DNA of 64,000 bases from Clostridia bacterium (lineage in GTDB: Bacteria; Bacillota; Clostridia; Oscillospirales; UBA644), in contig JAFRTE010000046.1 in NCBI GenBank assembly GCA_017427285.1, forward strand, positions 7,401-71,400. Reading direction: 5' to 3'. Numbering within the stretch: position 1 is the stretch's first letter; every line of letters starts with the position of its first letter. The translations under genes were made by a program, and so were the position numbers. Shown piece after piece: positions 44,603 to 53,757 of the stretch. The notes beneath the pieces are model-generated. The model worked only from the letters and a program-made list of their open reading frames with translations, was not told where the DNA came from and did no database searches.

Positions 44603-44704
44603 CTTGAAAATTCCTCATTGTATTCCGACTGCCCGGGAGCTTAAAATAAGTTGCCGGGCATTTACTGTATCAAAAATAAGAAAGAAAGCAAAAGGAGATT
44701 AAAA

Positions 44705-45985
44705 ATGAGTAATTATAGATTTGAAACTTTACAGCTTCATGTAGGTCAGGAAAATGCGGATCCCGCAACCGATGCGCGGGCTGTCCCCATATATCAGACG
44801 ACTTCGTATGTTTTTCATAACAGCAAACACGCCGCGGACCGTTTCGGACTTGCGGATTCGGGCAACATTTACGGCAGACTTACAAACTCCACTCAGGAAG
44901 TTCTCGAAAAGAGAGTTGCGGCGCTCGAAGGCGGAAGCGCGGCGCTTGCGCTTGCATCCGGCGCGGCAGCCATAACCTATACGATTGAAGCGCTTGCGGC
45001 AAACGGCGGACATATCGTAGCGCAGAAGACCATTTACGGCGGAAGCTACAACCTTCTTGCACATACTCTTCCGCTGTACGGCATAAAAACAACGTTTGTA
45101 AACATACACGATCTCAAAGAGGTCGAAGACGCGATAACAAAAGACACACGCGCGATTTTCCTTGAAACGCTCGGCAATCCCAACAGCGATATCCCCGATA
45201 TAGACAGCGTTTCTCAGATCGCGCATACACACGGACTTCCCGTAGTTATCGACAATACCTTCGGCACGCCGTATCTTATCAGACCGATCGAGCACGGCGC
45301 GGATATCGTCGTACATTCCGCAACAAAATTCATAGGAGGACACGGCACAACTCTCGGCGGGATAATCGTGGAATCGGGAAAATTCAACTGGAAAGCAAGC
45401 GGAAAATACTCCAATATCGCTGCTCCTAATCCGAGTTATCACGGAGTATCTTTTTACGACGCGGTAGGGCCCGCCGCATTTGTTACGTATATCCGCGCGA
45501 TACTTTTGCGCGATACGGGAGCGACGATCTCTCCGTTTAATGCTTTTCTGCTTCTTCAGGGCGTTGAAACTCTTTCTCTCCGTCTTGAACGTCATGCCGA
45601 AAACACGAAAAAAGTCGTTGAATTTCTGAAAAACCATCCTAAGGTTGAGAAAGTAAACCATCCTTCTCTTCCCGCTCATCCCGACCATGCGCTTTATGAA
45701 AGGTATTTCCCCAACGGAGGCGGTTCGATTTTCACTTTCGATATAAAGGGCGGCCGCGAAGAGGCGTGGAAGTTTATAGACAACCTTAAGATCTTCTCTC
45801 TTCTTGCGAATGTCGCAGACGTAAAAAGTCTTGTTATACATCCTGCGTCAACAACGCATTCACAGCTTTCAAAAGAAGAGCTTGACGAACAGAACATACA
45901 TGAAAATACGATCAGACTGTCAATAGGCACGGAACATATCGACGATATCATCGCCGATCTCGAAAACGGCTTCAACGCCATATGA
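44705..45985 (+). CDS. metY: O-acetylhomoserine sulfhydrylase (PLP-dependent Cys/Met metabolism family)
   Basis: ATG at 44705 follows [31 protein letters not shown] and [10 protein letters not shown] (PLP lysine) are typical MetY/CysD. Confidence 0.9.
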   Translation: MSNYRFETLQLHVGQENADPATDARAVPIYQTTSYVFHNSKHAADRFGLADSGNIYGRLTNSTQEVLEKRVAALEGGSAALALASGAAAITYTIEALAANGGHIVAQKTIYGGSYNLLAHTLPLYGIKTTFVNIHDLKEVEDAITKDTRAIFLETLGNPNSDIPDIDSVSQIAHTHGLPVVIDNTFGTPYLIRPIEHGADIVVHSATKFIGGHGTTLGGIIVESGKFNWKASGKYSNIAAPNPSYHGVSFYDAVGPAAFVTYIRAILLRDTGATISPFNAFLLLQGVETLSLRLERHAENTKKVVEFLKNHPKVEKVNHPSLPAHPDHALYERYFPNGGGSIFTFDIKGGREEAWKFIDNLKIFSLLANVADVKSLVIHPASTTHSQLSKEELDEQNIHENTIRLSIGTEHIDDIIADLENGFNAI

Positions 45986-46007
45986 CCGTCAAACGGAGGT
46001 ATGAAAA

Positions 46008-46940
46008 ATGTCTAATATATATAAAGGAATAACCGAACTTATCGGCAAAACACCGCTTGTAGAAATAGCAAATATAGAAAATAAACTCGAACTCGGCGCA
46101 AAAATACTTGTAAAACTTGAATATTTCAACCCCGCAGGAAGCGTAAAGGATCGAATTGCAAAGGCGATGATAGAAGACGCCGAAAACAGAGGGCTTCTTA
46201 AGAGCGGCTCGGTTATTATCGAGCCAACTTCGGGAAACACCGGAATAGGTCTTGCCGCTATCGGAGCGTCGAAAGGATACAGGGTAATTCTTACTATGCC
46301 AGAAACAATGAGCGTTGAAAGAAGAAATATCCTTAAAGCTTACGGAGCAGAGGTAGTTTTAACCGAGGGCGCGAAAGGCATGAAAGGGGCAATACAGAAA
46401 GCGGAAGAGCTTGCAAAGGAAATTGAAAACAGCTTTATTCCCGGTCAGTTTGTAAATCCCGCAAATCCCGCAATTCACAAAGCGACGACCGGCCCCGAAA
46501 TCTGGAACGATACCGACGGAGCCGCAGACTTTTTCATCGCGGGAGTAGGCACGGGCGGCACATTGACCGGAGCGGGGGAGTATCTGAAAGAAAAGAATCC
46601 CGATATCCGTATAATCGCCGTTGAACCCGAAGATTCTCCCGTTCTTTCCGAAGGAAGATCCGGCGCGCATAAAATCCAGGGTATAGGCGCGGGTTTCGTC
46701 CCCGATGTCCTTAATACGAAAATCTACGATGAGATAATAAGAGTTGCCAATCAGGACGCCTTCGACACTTCTAAACTTCTCGCCAAAAACGAAGGGATAT
46801 CAGTCGGTATTTCGTCCGGCGCCGCACTTTTTGCGGCAATTTCAGTAGCAAAACGTCCCGAAAACAGAGGTAAAACCGTAGTTGTGCTTTTGCCGGACAG
46901 CGGAGACAGATATTATTCCACCGCGCTTTTTTCGGACTGA
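46008..46940 (+). CDS. cysK: cysteine synthase A (O-acetylserine sulfhydrylase)
   Basis: [16 protein letters not shown] (PLP lysine), [22 protein letters not shown]. Confidence 0.95.
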   Translation: MSNIYKGITELIGKTPLVEIANIENKLELGAKILVKLEYFNPAGSVKDRIAKAMIEDAENRGLLKSGSVIIEPTSGNTGIGLAAIGASKGYRVILTMPETMSVERRNILKAYGAEVVLTEGAKGMKGAIQKAEELAKEIENSFIPGQFVNPANPAIHKATTGPEIWNDTDGAADFFIAGVGTGGTLTGAGEYLKEKNPDIRIIAVEPEDSPVLSEGRSGAHKIQGIGAGFVPDVLNTKIYDEIIRVANQDAFDTSKLLAKNEGISVGISSGAALFAAISVAKRPENRGKTVVVLLPDSGDRYYSTALFSD

Positions 46941-46979
46941 TTTCAAATTGACCTACTGCTTGTTTCGGGGGTGAAGACC

Positions 46980-47858
46980 ATGTATTCTGTCGGTAAAATT
47001 TTGCGTGAGCTTGACGGCATTACGGTAAAATCGGATCTGTCCGATGGTAATTCCGCCCGCGCTCTGCCCGATACAGAGAAGATATGCGGGATAATTAACG
47101 ATACTCTTTCCTTGTTATTCCCCGGGTATTTCGGAGCTGCCGACGGAGGTACGCGCGAAGCCGTCGCTGAAAGAGCAGTTTCCTGTCTGTCTGAACAGAT
47201 AGATGCGGTCTTTGATTCCGAAAAAAGATTATCCGGCAGGTGCGGCGTGGAAACAGCGTGGAAATTTCTTGAAAAGCTTCCGAAACTGAAAGAAATACTT
47301 CTTACGGATATTGAAGCGCTTTATAACGGAGACCCTGCGGCTAAAAACCGCGAGGAAGTGCTGATCTGCTATCCCGGTTTTTTCGCCGTTGCCGTATACA
47401 GGATCGCTCATGAACTGTTTTTAATGGGCGTTCCCGTGATCCCGAGGATAATGACCGAATACGCTCACGGCAAAACGGGGATAGATATCCATCCCGGAGC
47501 GGAAATAGGCGACCATTTTTTCATCGACCACGGCACGGGAATAGTTATTGGCGAAACGACCGTTATCGGCAGCAACGTCAAGCTATATCAGGGAGTAACT
47601 CTCGGAGCAAGAAGCTTTGAGCATGACAAAGACGGAAATCCCGTAAAAAACCTGAAAAGGCATCCCAATATTGGAAACAACGTTATTATTTACGCAAACG
47701 CAACCATACTCGGAGGCAACACTTTTATCGGGGATAACTGCATAATAGGCGCAAGCACCTGGATCGTTCAGTCCGTCCCAGAAAACAGCACCGTTCTGTA
47801 TTCGTCCAACACCGAAAAAATACTTCAGCTGTGGGGCGATAACGGTTCGGGTATTTAA
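46980..47858 (+). CDS. cysE: serine O-acetyltransferase (long form)
   Basis: Hexapeptide-repeat region DIHPGAEIGDHFFIDHGTGIVIGETTVIGSNVKLYQGVTLG. ATG at 46980 follows GGGGGTG. The alternative GTG is at 46971. Confidence 0.85.
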   Translation: MYSVGKILRELDGITVKSDLSDGNSARALPDTEKICGIINDTLSLLFPGYFGAADGGTREAVAERAVSCLSEQIDAVFDSEKRLSGRCGVETAWKFLEKLPKLKEILLTDIEALYNGDPAAKNREEVLICYPGFFAVAVYRIAHELFLMGVPVIPRIMTEYAHGKTGIDIHPGAEIGDHFFIDHGTGIVIGETTVIGSNVKLYQGVTLGARSFEHDKDGNPVKNLKRHPNIGNNVIIYANATILGGNTFIGDNCIIGASTWIVQSVPENSTVLYSSNTEKILQLWGDNGSGI

Positions 47859-47899
47859 ACGTAAATCAAATCAGTTTCCAAAACGGAAGGAGAAACAAA

Positions 47900-48931
47900 A
47901 TGACATCAAAAGAACGTATAGACGCCGTTTTGAACGGACGTCCCACTGACAGAACGCCTTTCTGTCTCGTTGACGGAGGCGCCTGGATAGCAAAAACAGA
48001 AAACATCTCTTACCGCACGCTTTACGGAATGCCGGACGGAGGAGCAGAACTTATCGCAAAATGGACCGACGATATCGAAACCGACATCGTCAGCGCTGTT
48101 TCCGGCGTTTTTACCGCCTGTCTCAACGCTTTCGGTTCACCCATACATATCGACGATATCGGAAGTCCCGTAAATGCGGGCCCCGCTCTTAAAGACCCTG
48201 AAAACGAAATCCCGCTTCTCGACAAAAGCACTATAAGAGAAAAGCTTCTCGCAAACGAATTTGTCCGCAATATGATAACACAGACAAAAAACGTTAAAAA
48301 GCTCGTCGGAGACAGAAAATATCTTCTCGGCGATATAGCCGCTCCGTTTACTATGGCCTCCGTGTTAGTCGGAACTCAGGATTTTATCATGCTTATGGCG
48401 GACGAACCCGAGCTTGTCGAACAGCTTATGGATTTTACAACGGAAGTAAGCGCGGAAATGTTCCGTCTTCTTTGCGAAAACGGATGCGATATCGCCATGC
48501 CCGCCGATCCCGTTGCCAGCGGAAATCTCATCAGTCAGACGATGTATGAAGAGTGGGCTCTTCCCGCGCTTGTAAACCTTAAAAACAAAGTTTCCGAATA
48601 TAAATATTTCATGGCCCATGTCTGCGGCGCGTCGGGCGCACGCGTTCAGTCTCTCAGAGATGCCGGAGTCCGCGCATTCTCCTGCGATTATCTTGTAGAT
48701 CTCGATAAGGCGCTTACCGATGCGGACGGAAAAATGGCTATAATGGGAAATCTTAACCCCGCAGGCGTCCTGCTTGCCGGTACACCCGAAGAAGTATATG
48801 CGGAAGCGTGCGAAAGAATAAAAACCGCAAACGGAAGGCCGTATATTCTTGCCCCCGGTTGCGATATGGGCTCTGCAACACCTTATGAAAACGTTAAAAT
48901 GTTCATAAAGGCGGTCAAAGATCTCGCATAA
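47900..48931 (+). CDS. uroporphyrinogen-decarboxylase-fold protein of the MtaA/CmuA thiol methyltransferase type
   Basis: URO-D family layout. It retains AHVCG (HxC) and APGCD, the positions I recall as Zn ligands in MtaA-type methylcobamide:thiol methyltransferases. Last gene of the metY-cysK-cysE operon. Confidence 0.65.
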   Translation: MTSKERIDAVLNGRPTDRTPFCLVDGGAWIAKTENISYRTLYGMPDGGAELIAKWTDDIETDIVSAVSGVFTACLNAFGSPIHIDDIGSPVNAGPALKDPENEIPLLDKSTIREKLLANEFVRNMITQTKNVKKLVGDRKYLLGDIAAPFTMASVLVGTQDFIMLMADEPELVEQLMDFTTEVSAEMFRLLCENGCDIAMPADPVASGNLISQTMYEEWALPALVNLKNKVSEYKYFMAHVCGASGARVQSLRDAGVRAFSCDYLVDLDKALTDADGKMAIMGNLNPAGVLLAGTPEEVYAEACERIKTANGRPYILAPGCDMGSATPYENVKMFIKAVKDLA

Positions 48932-48951
48932 ACGTAATACATAAGAAAAAA

Positions 48952-48980
48952 AGCTCTCCTGCGTTTTTCGCAGGAGAGCT
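48952..48980. terminator. terminator between convergent genes (T-run on the minus strand)
   Basis: 12-bp stem AGCTCTCCTGCG / CGCAGGAGAGCT, loop TTTTT, preceded by AAAAAA. Confidence 0.75.
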
Positions 48981-48990
48981 GTCAGTTATT

Positions 48991-50292
48991 TTATAATTCT
49001 ATATCGAGCACCGTAAGCGTCGCCAAAATCGTCGGTACTGAAACCGCGGCTCCGTATTTGACAAAATCACCGAAACCGAATTTAACTTTCTGAAATCTCA
49101 GTATCGAAGACCACATTATTCCCGCAAGCGCGCCAACAGGCGTTAAAAACGCTCCGATATTCGATCCCACAACCGAAGCGTATATCGCTCTTGTTTTTGC
49201 GGCTCCCGTAAGCGGCTCGGCTATCGAACTGAAAAGAACGCTCATCGGAATATTGTTGATTATGTTTGCTGAGGCAAAAGACGTGACTCCGAAAGAGAAG
49301 ACCTCGTCGCCCTGCGAGATGATATCGTCTATCTTTTGCGTAACTCCGTTTTGCGAAAGAGAGAGTATCATCACAAACATCGATAAAACAAACGGGATAA
49401 GCGCCCATGGAGAACGTTTAAGACATTCGATAAGCTCGACAGGCTTTCTTTTTCTTGCTGCCGAAATAATAAGTACCCATACCGCAAGACTTACGGCGAA
49501 GCCGAGCGAGACGTAATACATCTCGATATGTATATACGAGCTTACCGCAAGCAGCGCCGTGCAAAGTCCGAGGTGCGCTATCCCAACGTAAAGAAGCAGT
49601 CTGTCTTTGATTTCGGCTTTCGCTTTTGCGGGGAGTATCGGCTGTGAAAGCTGCTTTTTGAAAATAAGGAAAAGGACCGTAAACGAAACGATGCCCGCCG
49701 TAAGCGTAGGCAGGATCATTTTGACGAAATAATCAAGAAATCCTATATCGTTTGCCGTTGCCAGATATATGTTTGTGGGGTTTCCTATGATCAGCGCCAT
49801 ACTCCACGTATTTGCCGCAATAAATTCGGCAAAAAGATACGGCATAGGACTTATCGACGCATTTTTGGCAAAATAGCAGATAAAAGGCGTGAAAGTAAGA
49901 ATAATGATATCGTTCGATGTGAATACCGTCAGTATCGAAACGATCCCGTAAAGATACAAAAACAGCGTAAACTGACTTCTTCCCGCTTTTTCGAGCGTAA
50001 CAGCCGCCAGATACGAAAAAAATCCGACTTCGTCGAGAAAAATCGACAAAACGGTCATTGAAATAAAAAGAACGAGTATTTTTAGCGGATTGATCGCCGT
50101 ATCTGCGGTAAGAGCTTCGCTTACTGCAGAAATATCCGCCGTATGCGATAAAAGAATTGCTGCGGCGCCGATAAGCGTTATTATCCAGTATGTGTTTATT
50201 TCATGTCCTTTTATCGCGATTTTCGGGAAAAACAGTATCGACGCTATCATCAGCGCGCATGTGATCCCGCATATCACCACTGAAGCAACCAT
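48991..50292 (-). CDS. ArsB/NhaD superfamily anion permease (YbiR/CitMHS-like)
   Basis: 433 aa, about 11-12 TM helices, with a two-fold repeat layout typical of this superfamily. The substrate cannot be assigned. Confidence 0.6.
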   Translation of the reverse strand: MVASVVICGITCALMIASILFFPKIAIKGHEINTYWIITLIGAAAILLSHTADISAVSEALTADTAINPLKILVLFISMTVLSIFLDEVGFFSYLAAVTLEKAGRSQFTLFLYLYGIVSILTVFTSNDIIILTFTPFICYFAKNASISPMPYLFAEFIAANTWSMALIIGNPTNIYLATANDIGFLDYFVKMILPTLTAGIVSFTVLFLIFKKQLSQPILPAKAKAEIKDRLLLYVGIAHLGLCTALLAVSSYIHIEMYYVSLGFAVSLAVWVLIISAARKRKPVELIECLKRSPWALIPFVLSMFVMILSLSQNGVTQKIDDIISQGDEVFSFGVTSFASANIINNIPMSVLFSSIAEPLTGAAKTRAIYASVVGSNIGAFLTPVGALAGIMWSSILRFQKVKFGFGDFVKYGAAVSVPTILATLTVLDIEL

Positions 50293-50560
50293 AAAAACAA
50301 ATCCTCTTGACAGACCCGTAAAGGCTTATCGCGTTCTGACTGTTTTCTTATCCGAAATCCGAAAAAAACAGTCAAACGCACAAGTCAGTATTATATAACA
50401 AAAATTACGGATTGTCAATAGTAAAAAAGGAGCGTTTGCAATAATTTTTTGGAACAAAAACGGTTATCGCCGTCGTTCGTGGCGGTTTTGCTTCCACTGC
50501 TGCATATTGTTCTTGACAAAACGCGGCGGATAAAGCATAATAAAAGTAAGCGTGCGCTGT

Positions 50561-50820
50561 TTATTCTTCCAAAGCTCCTGCGGCTCTCAGATTTTCAAGC
50601 GCCTTTTTAACGTCGCTTGCAATCAGCTCTTCGTTAGCGTCAAAGCGGGATTTCAAAGCGGCGACAATTTCCTTTTCCGAGATTTCCTTTTCAAGCAGCT
50701 GAACTATCGCTCCGAAAGTGGCGTTCCCTGGATTATTCCGTGAAATTCCGTATCTCCTACGGGAACAAGCAGAGTTTTTCCGTTTGCTTCATGAACGATA
50801 AAATCCGATTTTAATTTCAT
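50561..50820 (-). pseudogene. PqqD-family (RiPP recognition element-like) protein, frameshifted
   Basis: MKLKSDFIVHEANGKTLLVPVGDTEFHGIIQG then a stop. The next frame continues as NATFGAIVQLLEKEISEKEIVAALKSRFDANEELIASDVKKALENLRAAGALEE. Total length is 260 nt (not divisible by 3), with one base apparently missing near 50720-50735. Confidence 0.6.
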
Positions 50821-50833
50821 TTTTTTCTCCTGA

Positions 50834-51296
50834 AATAATACTTTTTTTATCAACAATTATGCAGGGACTTTTAAAGCGGAAATCAACTCGCTGTATCCGG
50901 ATGTCCACAAATACTGCGCAGAAGATCAGACTTCGGAGTTTGCGGACTATACCGTAACTGTAACACAGTCAGATATAGACGCAGAGCGCGAGTATTCGTT
51001 ACGCGAAAGTCAGATCGAAGGCATTTCCGCGCCCGAATATCCGGACAGTTATCTTGAAAAGCTTGCCGTTCTCAGAAAAATGTCGGACGAGCTGATCAGC
51101 AGAAACACGCTTCTTTTTCACGGCTCCGCAGTTTCTCTTGACGGCGACGGATATCTCTTGACGGCAAAATCGGGTACAGGCAAATCAACGCATACGCGAC
51201 TTTGGCGCGAATATTTCGGAGACCGCGCAGTTATTGTAAATGACGATGAACCGTTTCTGCAAATATCCGACGAAGGAGTGATCGTATTCGGCTCTC
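50834..51296 (+). pseudogene. HPr-kinase-like (HprK-related) P-loop protein fragment, truncated at both ends
   Basis: LLFHGSAVSLDGDGYLLTAKSGTGKSTHTRLWREYFGDRAVIVNDDEPFL matches the HprK-like family that accompanies PqqD proteins. There is no in-frame start codon between the TGA at 50831 and the Met at 51080. Family similarity ends around 51296. Confidence 0.55.
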
Positions 51297-51800
51297 CTTG
51301 CGGCGGAAACTCAGCAATCCGTTCCCGAAAGTCCCGAACAGCAGATATCCGACAGTCCGTCTTCCGATTCTTCTCAGGCCGAAGAGACCGAGCCGGACAA
51401 TACGCAGCAGCAAAACGGCGATACTCCTTTGCAAACCGCAGATACAACGTATCAGGGCTCTGAGATCGAGCTGCCCGAGGTAGATATTTTCGATTGGCTT
51501 TCATGGTTTTCAGATTATGCTTCCTCCGATGACAGCGGCGTAAACGGAAACGAACAGTCTTCTTCTGCCCAAAACGGGACCGACACTCAAAACACTCCGC
51601 CCGACGGCTCATCCGAAAATCACTTTGATGAATCATCCGGTAATCAGAACGGTTCTGATACCGAAACGCCCGAGGAAAACGCGGCGCCGCAGACCCCCGA
51701 ACAGAGTATAGATTCCGATCCGACGTCATCACCCGCTCCCGATCAGGACGGTATTTGTTTCGACGAAAACGGCGATATTATTCTGCCCGAAGTGCCGTAA
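51282..51800 (+). pseudogene. 3' fragment of an acidic, S/T/P/Q-rich low-complexity protein fused out of frame to the kinase fragment
   Basis: The frame is open from 51282 (…AETQQSVPESPEQQISDSPSSDSSQAEETEPDN…ICFDENGDIILPEVP*). The first Met, at 51429, lacks an SD. Confidence 0.35.
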
Positions 51801-51818
51801 AAATGTTTAATGTATTTA

Positions 51819-51849
51819 AGACAGACAGATTTCGACTGTCTGTCTTTTT
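51819..51849 (+). terminator. rho-independent terminator
   Basis: 10-bp stem AGACAGACAG / CTGTCTGTCT, 7-nt loop, followed by TTTTT. Confidence 0.8.
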
Positions 51850-51875
51850 ATTGTTAAAAAACGGGGAAGCGGGGC

Positions 51876-51904
51876 TTGATTTTTGCGTGTTTATATAGTA
51901 TAAT
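51876..51904 (+). promoter_or_regulatory. promoter of the three-gene TerB/ATPase/helicase operon
   Basis: TTGATT (51876-51881), 17-nt spacer, TATAAT (51899-51904). Confidence 0.7.
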
Positions 51905-51942
51905 ATATAATAGTGGTTTATCTGTAAAGGGGATGGCGGACA

Positions 51943-53757
51943 ATGAGGATATCGGATCTTACCGCATACGCTGCGGAAAAATACCGTATTGAAGAAATTC
52001 ACAAATGGTCCGACTTCCCGGGCTTTTCCGTGCTCTGCCATCCCGAAACCGGTAAATGGGTTGCGCTTCTGATGCGCCAGTGGAACTCAGATCTCGGCGA
52101 AGAGATCGAACGCTGCGATATAAAATGCGGTCACGGCGTTCCTATGCGCCCGTATATCACGTCTCCTTTTCGCATGCAGGGCGACAGATGGCAGGGTATC
52201 GCTTTTAACGACGAGACCGAAGAAACCGTAGTTTTTTCTCTTCTGGACAGAGCAATTTCAGAGGGTTCTCCGAGCGGTTACAAAATTGTGCTTGCATCTC
52301 AGCTTCCCGTAAAGGATAACGCATACAGGGAAACACCGCTACCGTTTTCTTCGGGGACAAATCGGTCCGCTCAGACGAGAGCTCCCGAGCGCATTCGCGA
52401 AATGCGCCGACTTTATGAATACGGCAGAGAGTCCGTTGAGTCAAGAGCTGAGAATTTTTACAATCAGGCGGTCTTCATGCGCGATTATGAAGACGATTAT
52501 CCGTGGTCAGGAGATTTTGTCTGCTATTTCCCAACTTATCACGACCTTACCACAAATCAGCTCCGCGGTTATTTTTCATGGCGCAAAAATATAAGAAAAG
52601 GCGATTTTAAGCCGATCTCCGCCTCTGCTGCTTATATTTATATATACGAGCTTTTAAACGGTGTCGGTGCAGATTCTCCGACAGACGCGATAGATAAGCT
52701 GAAAGCGTTTGACGAGGGATTTATAGGCGCTGGTTTCGGCAACGACAGAATGCGGCAAAATATCCGCCGCTGGATGTTTGAGCTTGCAATAATAAAAGCT
52801 TTGCCTATCGATTTTACCGCAAAAACAGCCGATCCGGAAGTTCAGAAAAGAGATATTTCTCTTTCCGTACTTAAAACACCCGAAGAGTTTTCCGATAACG
52901 AAATATTTGACGCTCTCTGCATCCTTTCCGGTAAAAAAACGTGGGATTCTCCCGTCATAAAAGCCGATTCCGCCCGCGGAATGCGCCTGTTTGCCGAGGC
53001 GTGGAAGGCGATCCGTTCATACAGGCGCGAAGATAAGCCATTTTTTCAGCTCTGTTTCGGCAAAAAAGTCTCACGTCGCTGGCATCCTCTCGCAAATGCC
53101 GTTTATTATACCGGCAAAATGTCGTCAGACGCCGATTATCTTCTTAATCCCTGCCGAAATTACCGTTGCCGTAACGGTATATGGACCGTGACCGCATACG
53201 ACAAACAGTTTTTTAACCTTGAGCTTCTGCGCGCCTTTATCAGACTGACGGACGCTCTTTTGCGCCGATATCTGAAAACGGGAAAGTATCTGAAAGAAAA
53301 TCCCGAAGACGAGTGGGCAGCTCCGTTTATTCTTGCCGTTATCGAAGCCGATAAAAATGCGGCTGCCGAAGCGTCAAAACCGAAGATCACGATAGATCTT
53401 TCAGAACTTGACAAAATACGGGCCGATTCCGATATTACAAGAGACAGTCTTTTGACGGAGGATGAAACGGACGATTTCGAAGAACTCCCCGAACCTCTTA
53501 GGGAGGTTGAAAAGACGGATATCCCTCTTGACGAAACACAGATAAAACTTATTCGTTTGCTGCTTTCGGGCGGCGACGTCTCGGGATTGCTTAAATCAGC
53601 GCACCTTATGCCGTCCGTTGCGGCAGATTCGATCAACGAGGCCCTTTTTGACGATATAGGAGATACGGTTTTGCTGTGTGAAAACGGTATTCTCGCATTG
53701 GTTGACGATTATATAGACGATTTAGAGCGTTTGCTCGGAGGAAACAGTAATGGATGA
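51943..53757 (+). CDS. sngA: TerB-N / TerB-C domain protein with an N-terminal YjbR/MmcQ-like module (Shango SngA-like)
   Basis: Middle region FVCYFPTYHDLTTNQLRGYFSWRKNIRKGDFKPISASAAYIYIYELLNGVG gives the TerB-N signature. C-terminal LDETQIKLIRLLLSG...SINEALFDDIGDTVL is TerB-C-like. The first roughly 110 aa resemble YjbR-type proteins. SD AAAGGGGA. Confidence 0.75.
   Translation: MRISDLTAYAAEKYRIEEIHKWSDFPGFSVLCHPETGKWVALLMRQWNSDLGEEIERCDIKCGHGVPMRPYITSPFRMQGDRWQGIAFNDETEETVVFSLLDRAISEGSPSGYKIVLASQLPVKDNAYRETPLPFSSGTNRSAQTRAPERIREMRRLYEYGRESVESRAENFYNQAVFMRDYEDDYPWSGDFVCYFPTYHDLTTNQLRGYFSWRKNIRKGDFKPISASAAYIYIYELLNGVGADSPTDAIDKLKAFDEGFIGAGFGNDRMRQNIRRWMFELAIIKALPIDFTAKTADPEVQKRDISLSVLKTPEEFSDNEIFDALCILSGKKTWDSPVIKADSARGMRLFAEAWKAIRSYRREDKPFFQLCFGKKVSRRWHPLANAVYYTGKMSSDADYLLNPCRNYRCRNGIWTVTAYDKQFFNLELLRAFIRLTDALLRRYLKTGKYLKENPEDEWAAPFILAVIEADKNAAAEASKPKITIDLSELDKIRADSDITRDSLLTEDETDDFEELPEPLREVEKTDIPLDETQIKLIRLLLSGGDVSGLLKSAHLMPSVAADSINEALFDDIGDTVLLCENGILALVDDYIDDLERLLGGNSNG

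Noticed and set aside
44446-44704. Possible T-box or SAM (S-box) riboswitch in front of metY
   Set aside because: I could not find the conserved T-box sequence, a specifier-loop/AGAGA arrangement or the S-box core by eye. I kept it as a leader-peptide hypothesis, but a covariance-model scan is still needed.
44729-45841. 370-aa ORF on the minus strand
   Set aside because: It is antisense to metY, which has the PLP-lysine and N-terminal family motifs. This is a shadow ORF.
50400-50560. Promoter-like TTGACA and small hairpins between the permease gene and the PqqD-like remnant
   Set aside because: The spacer lengths are wrong for a good promoter, and no downstream gene is served on that strand.
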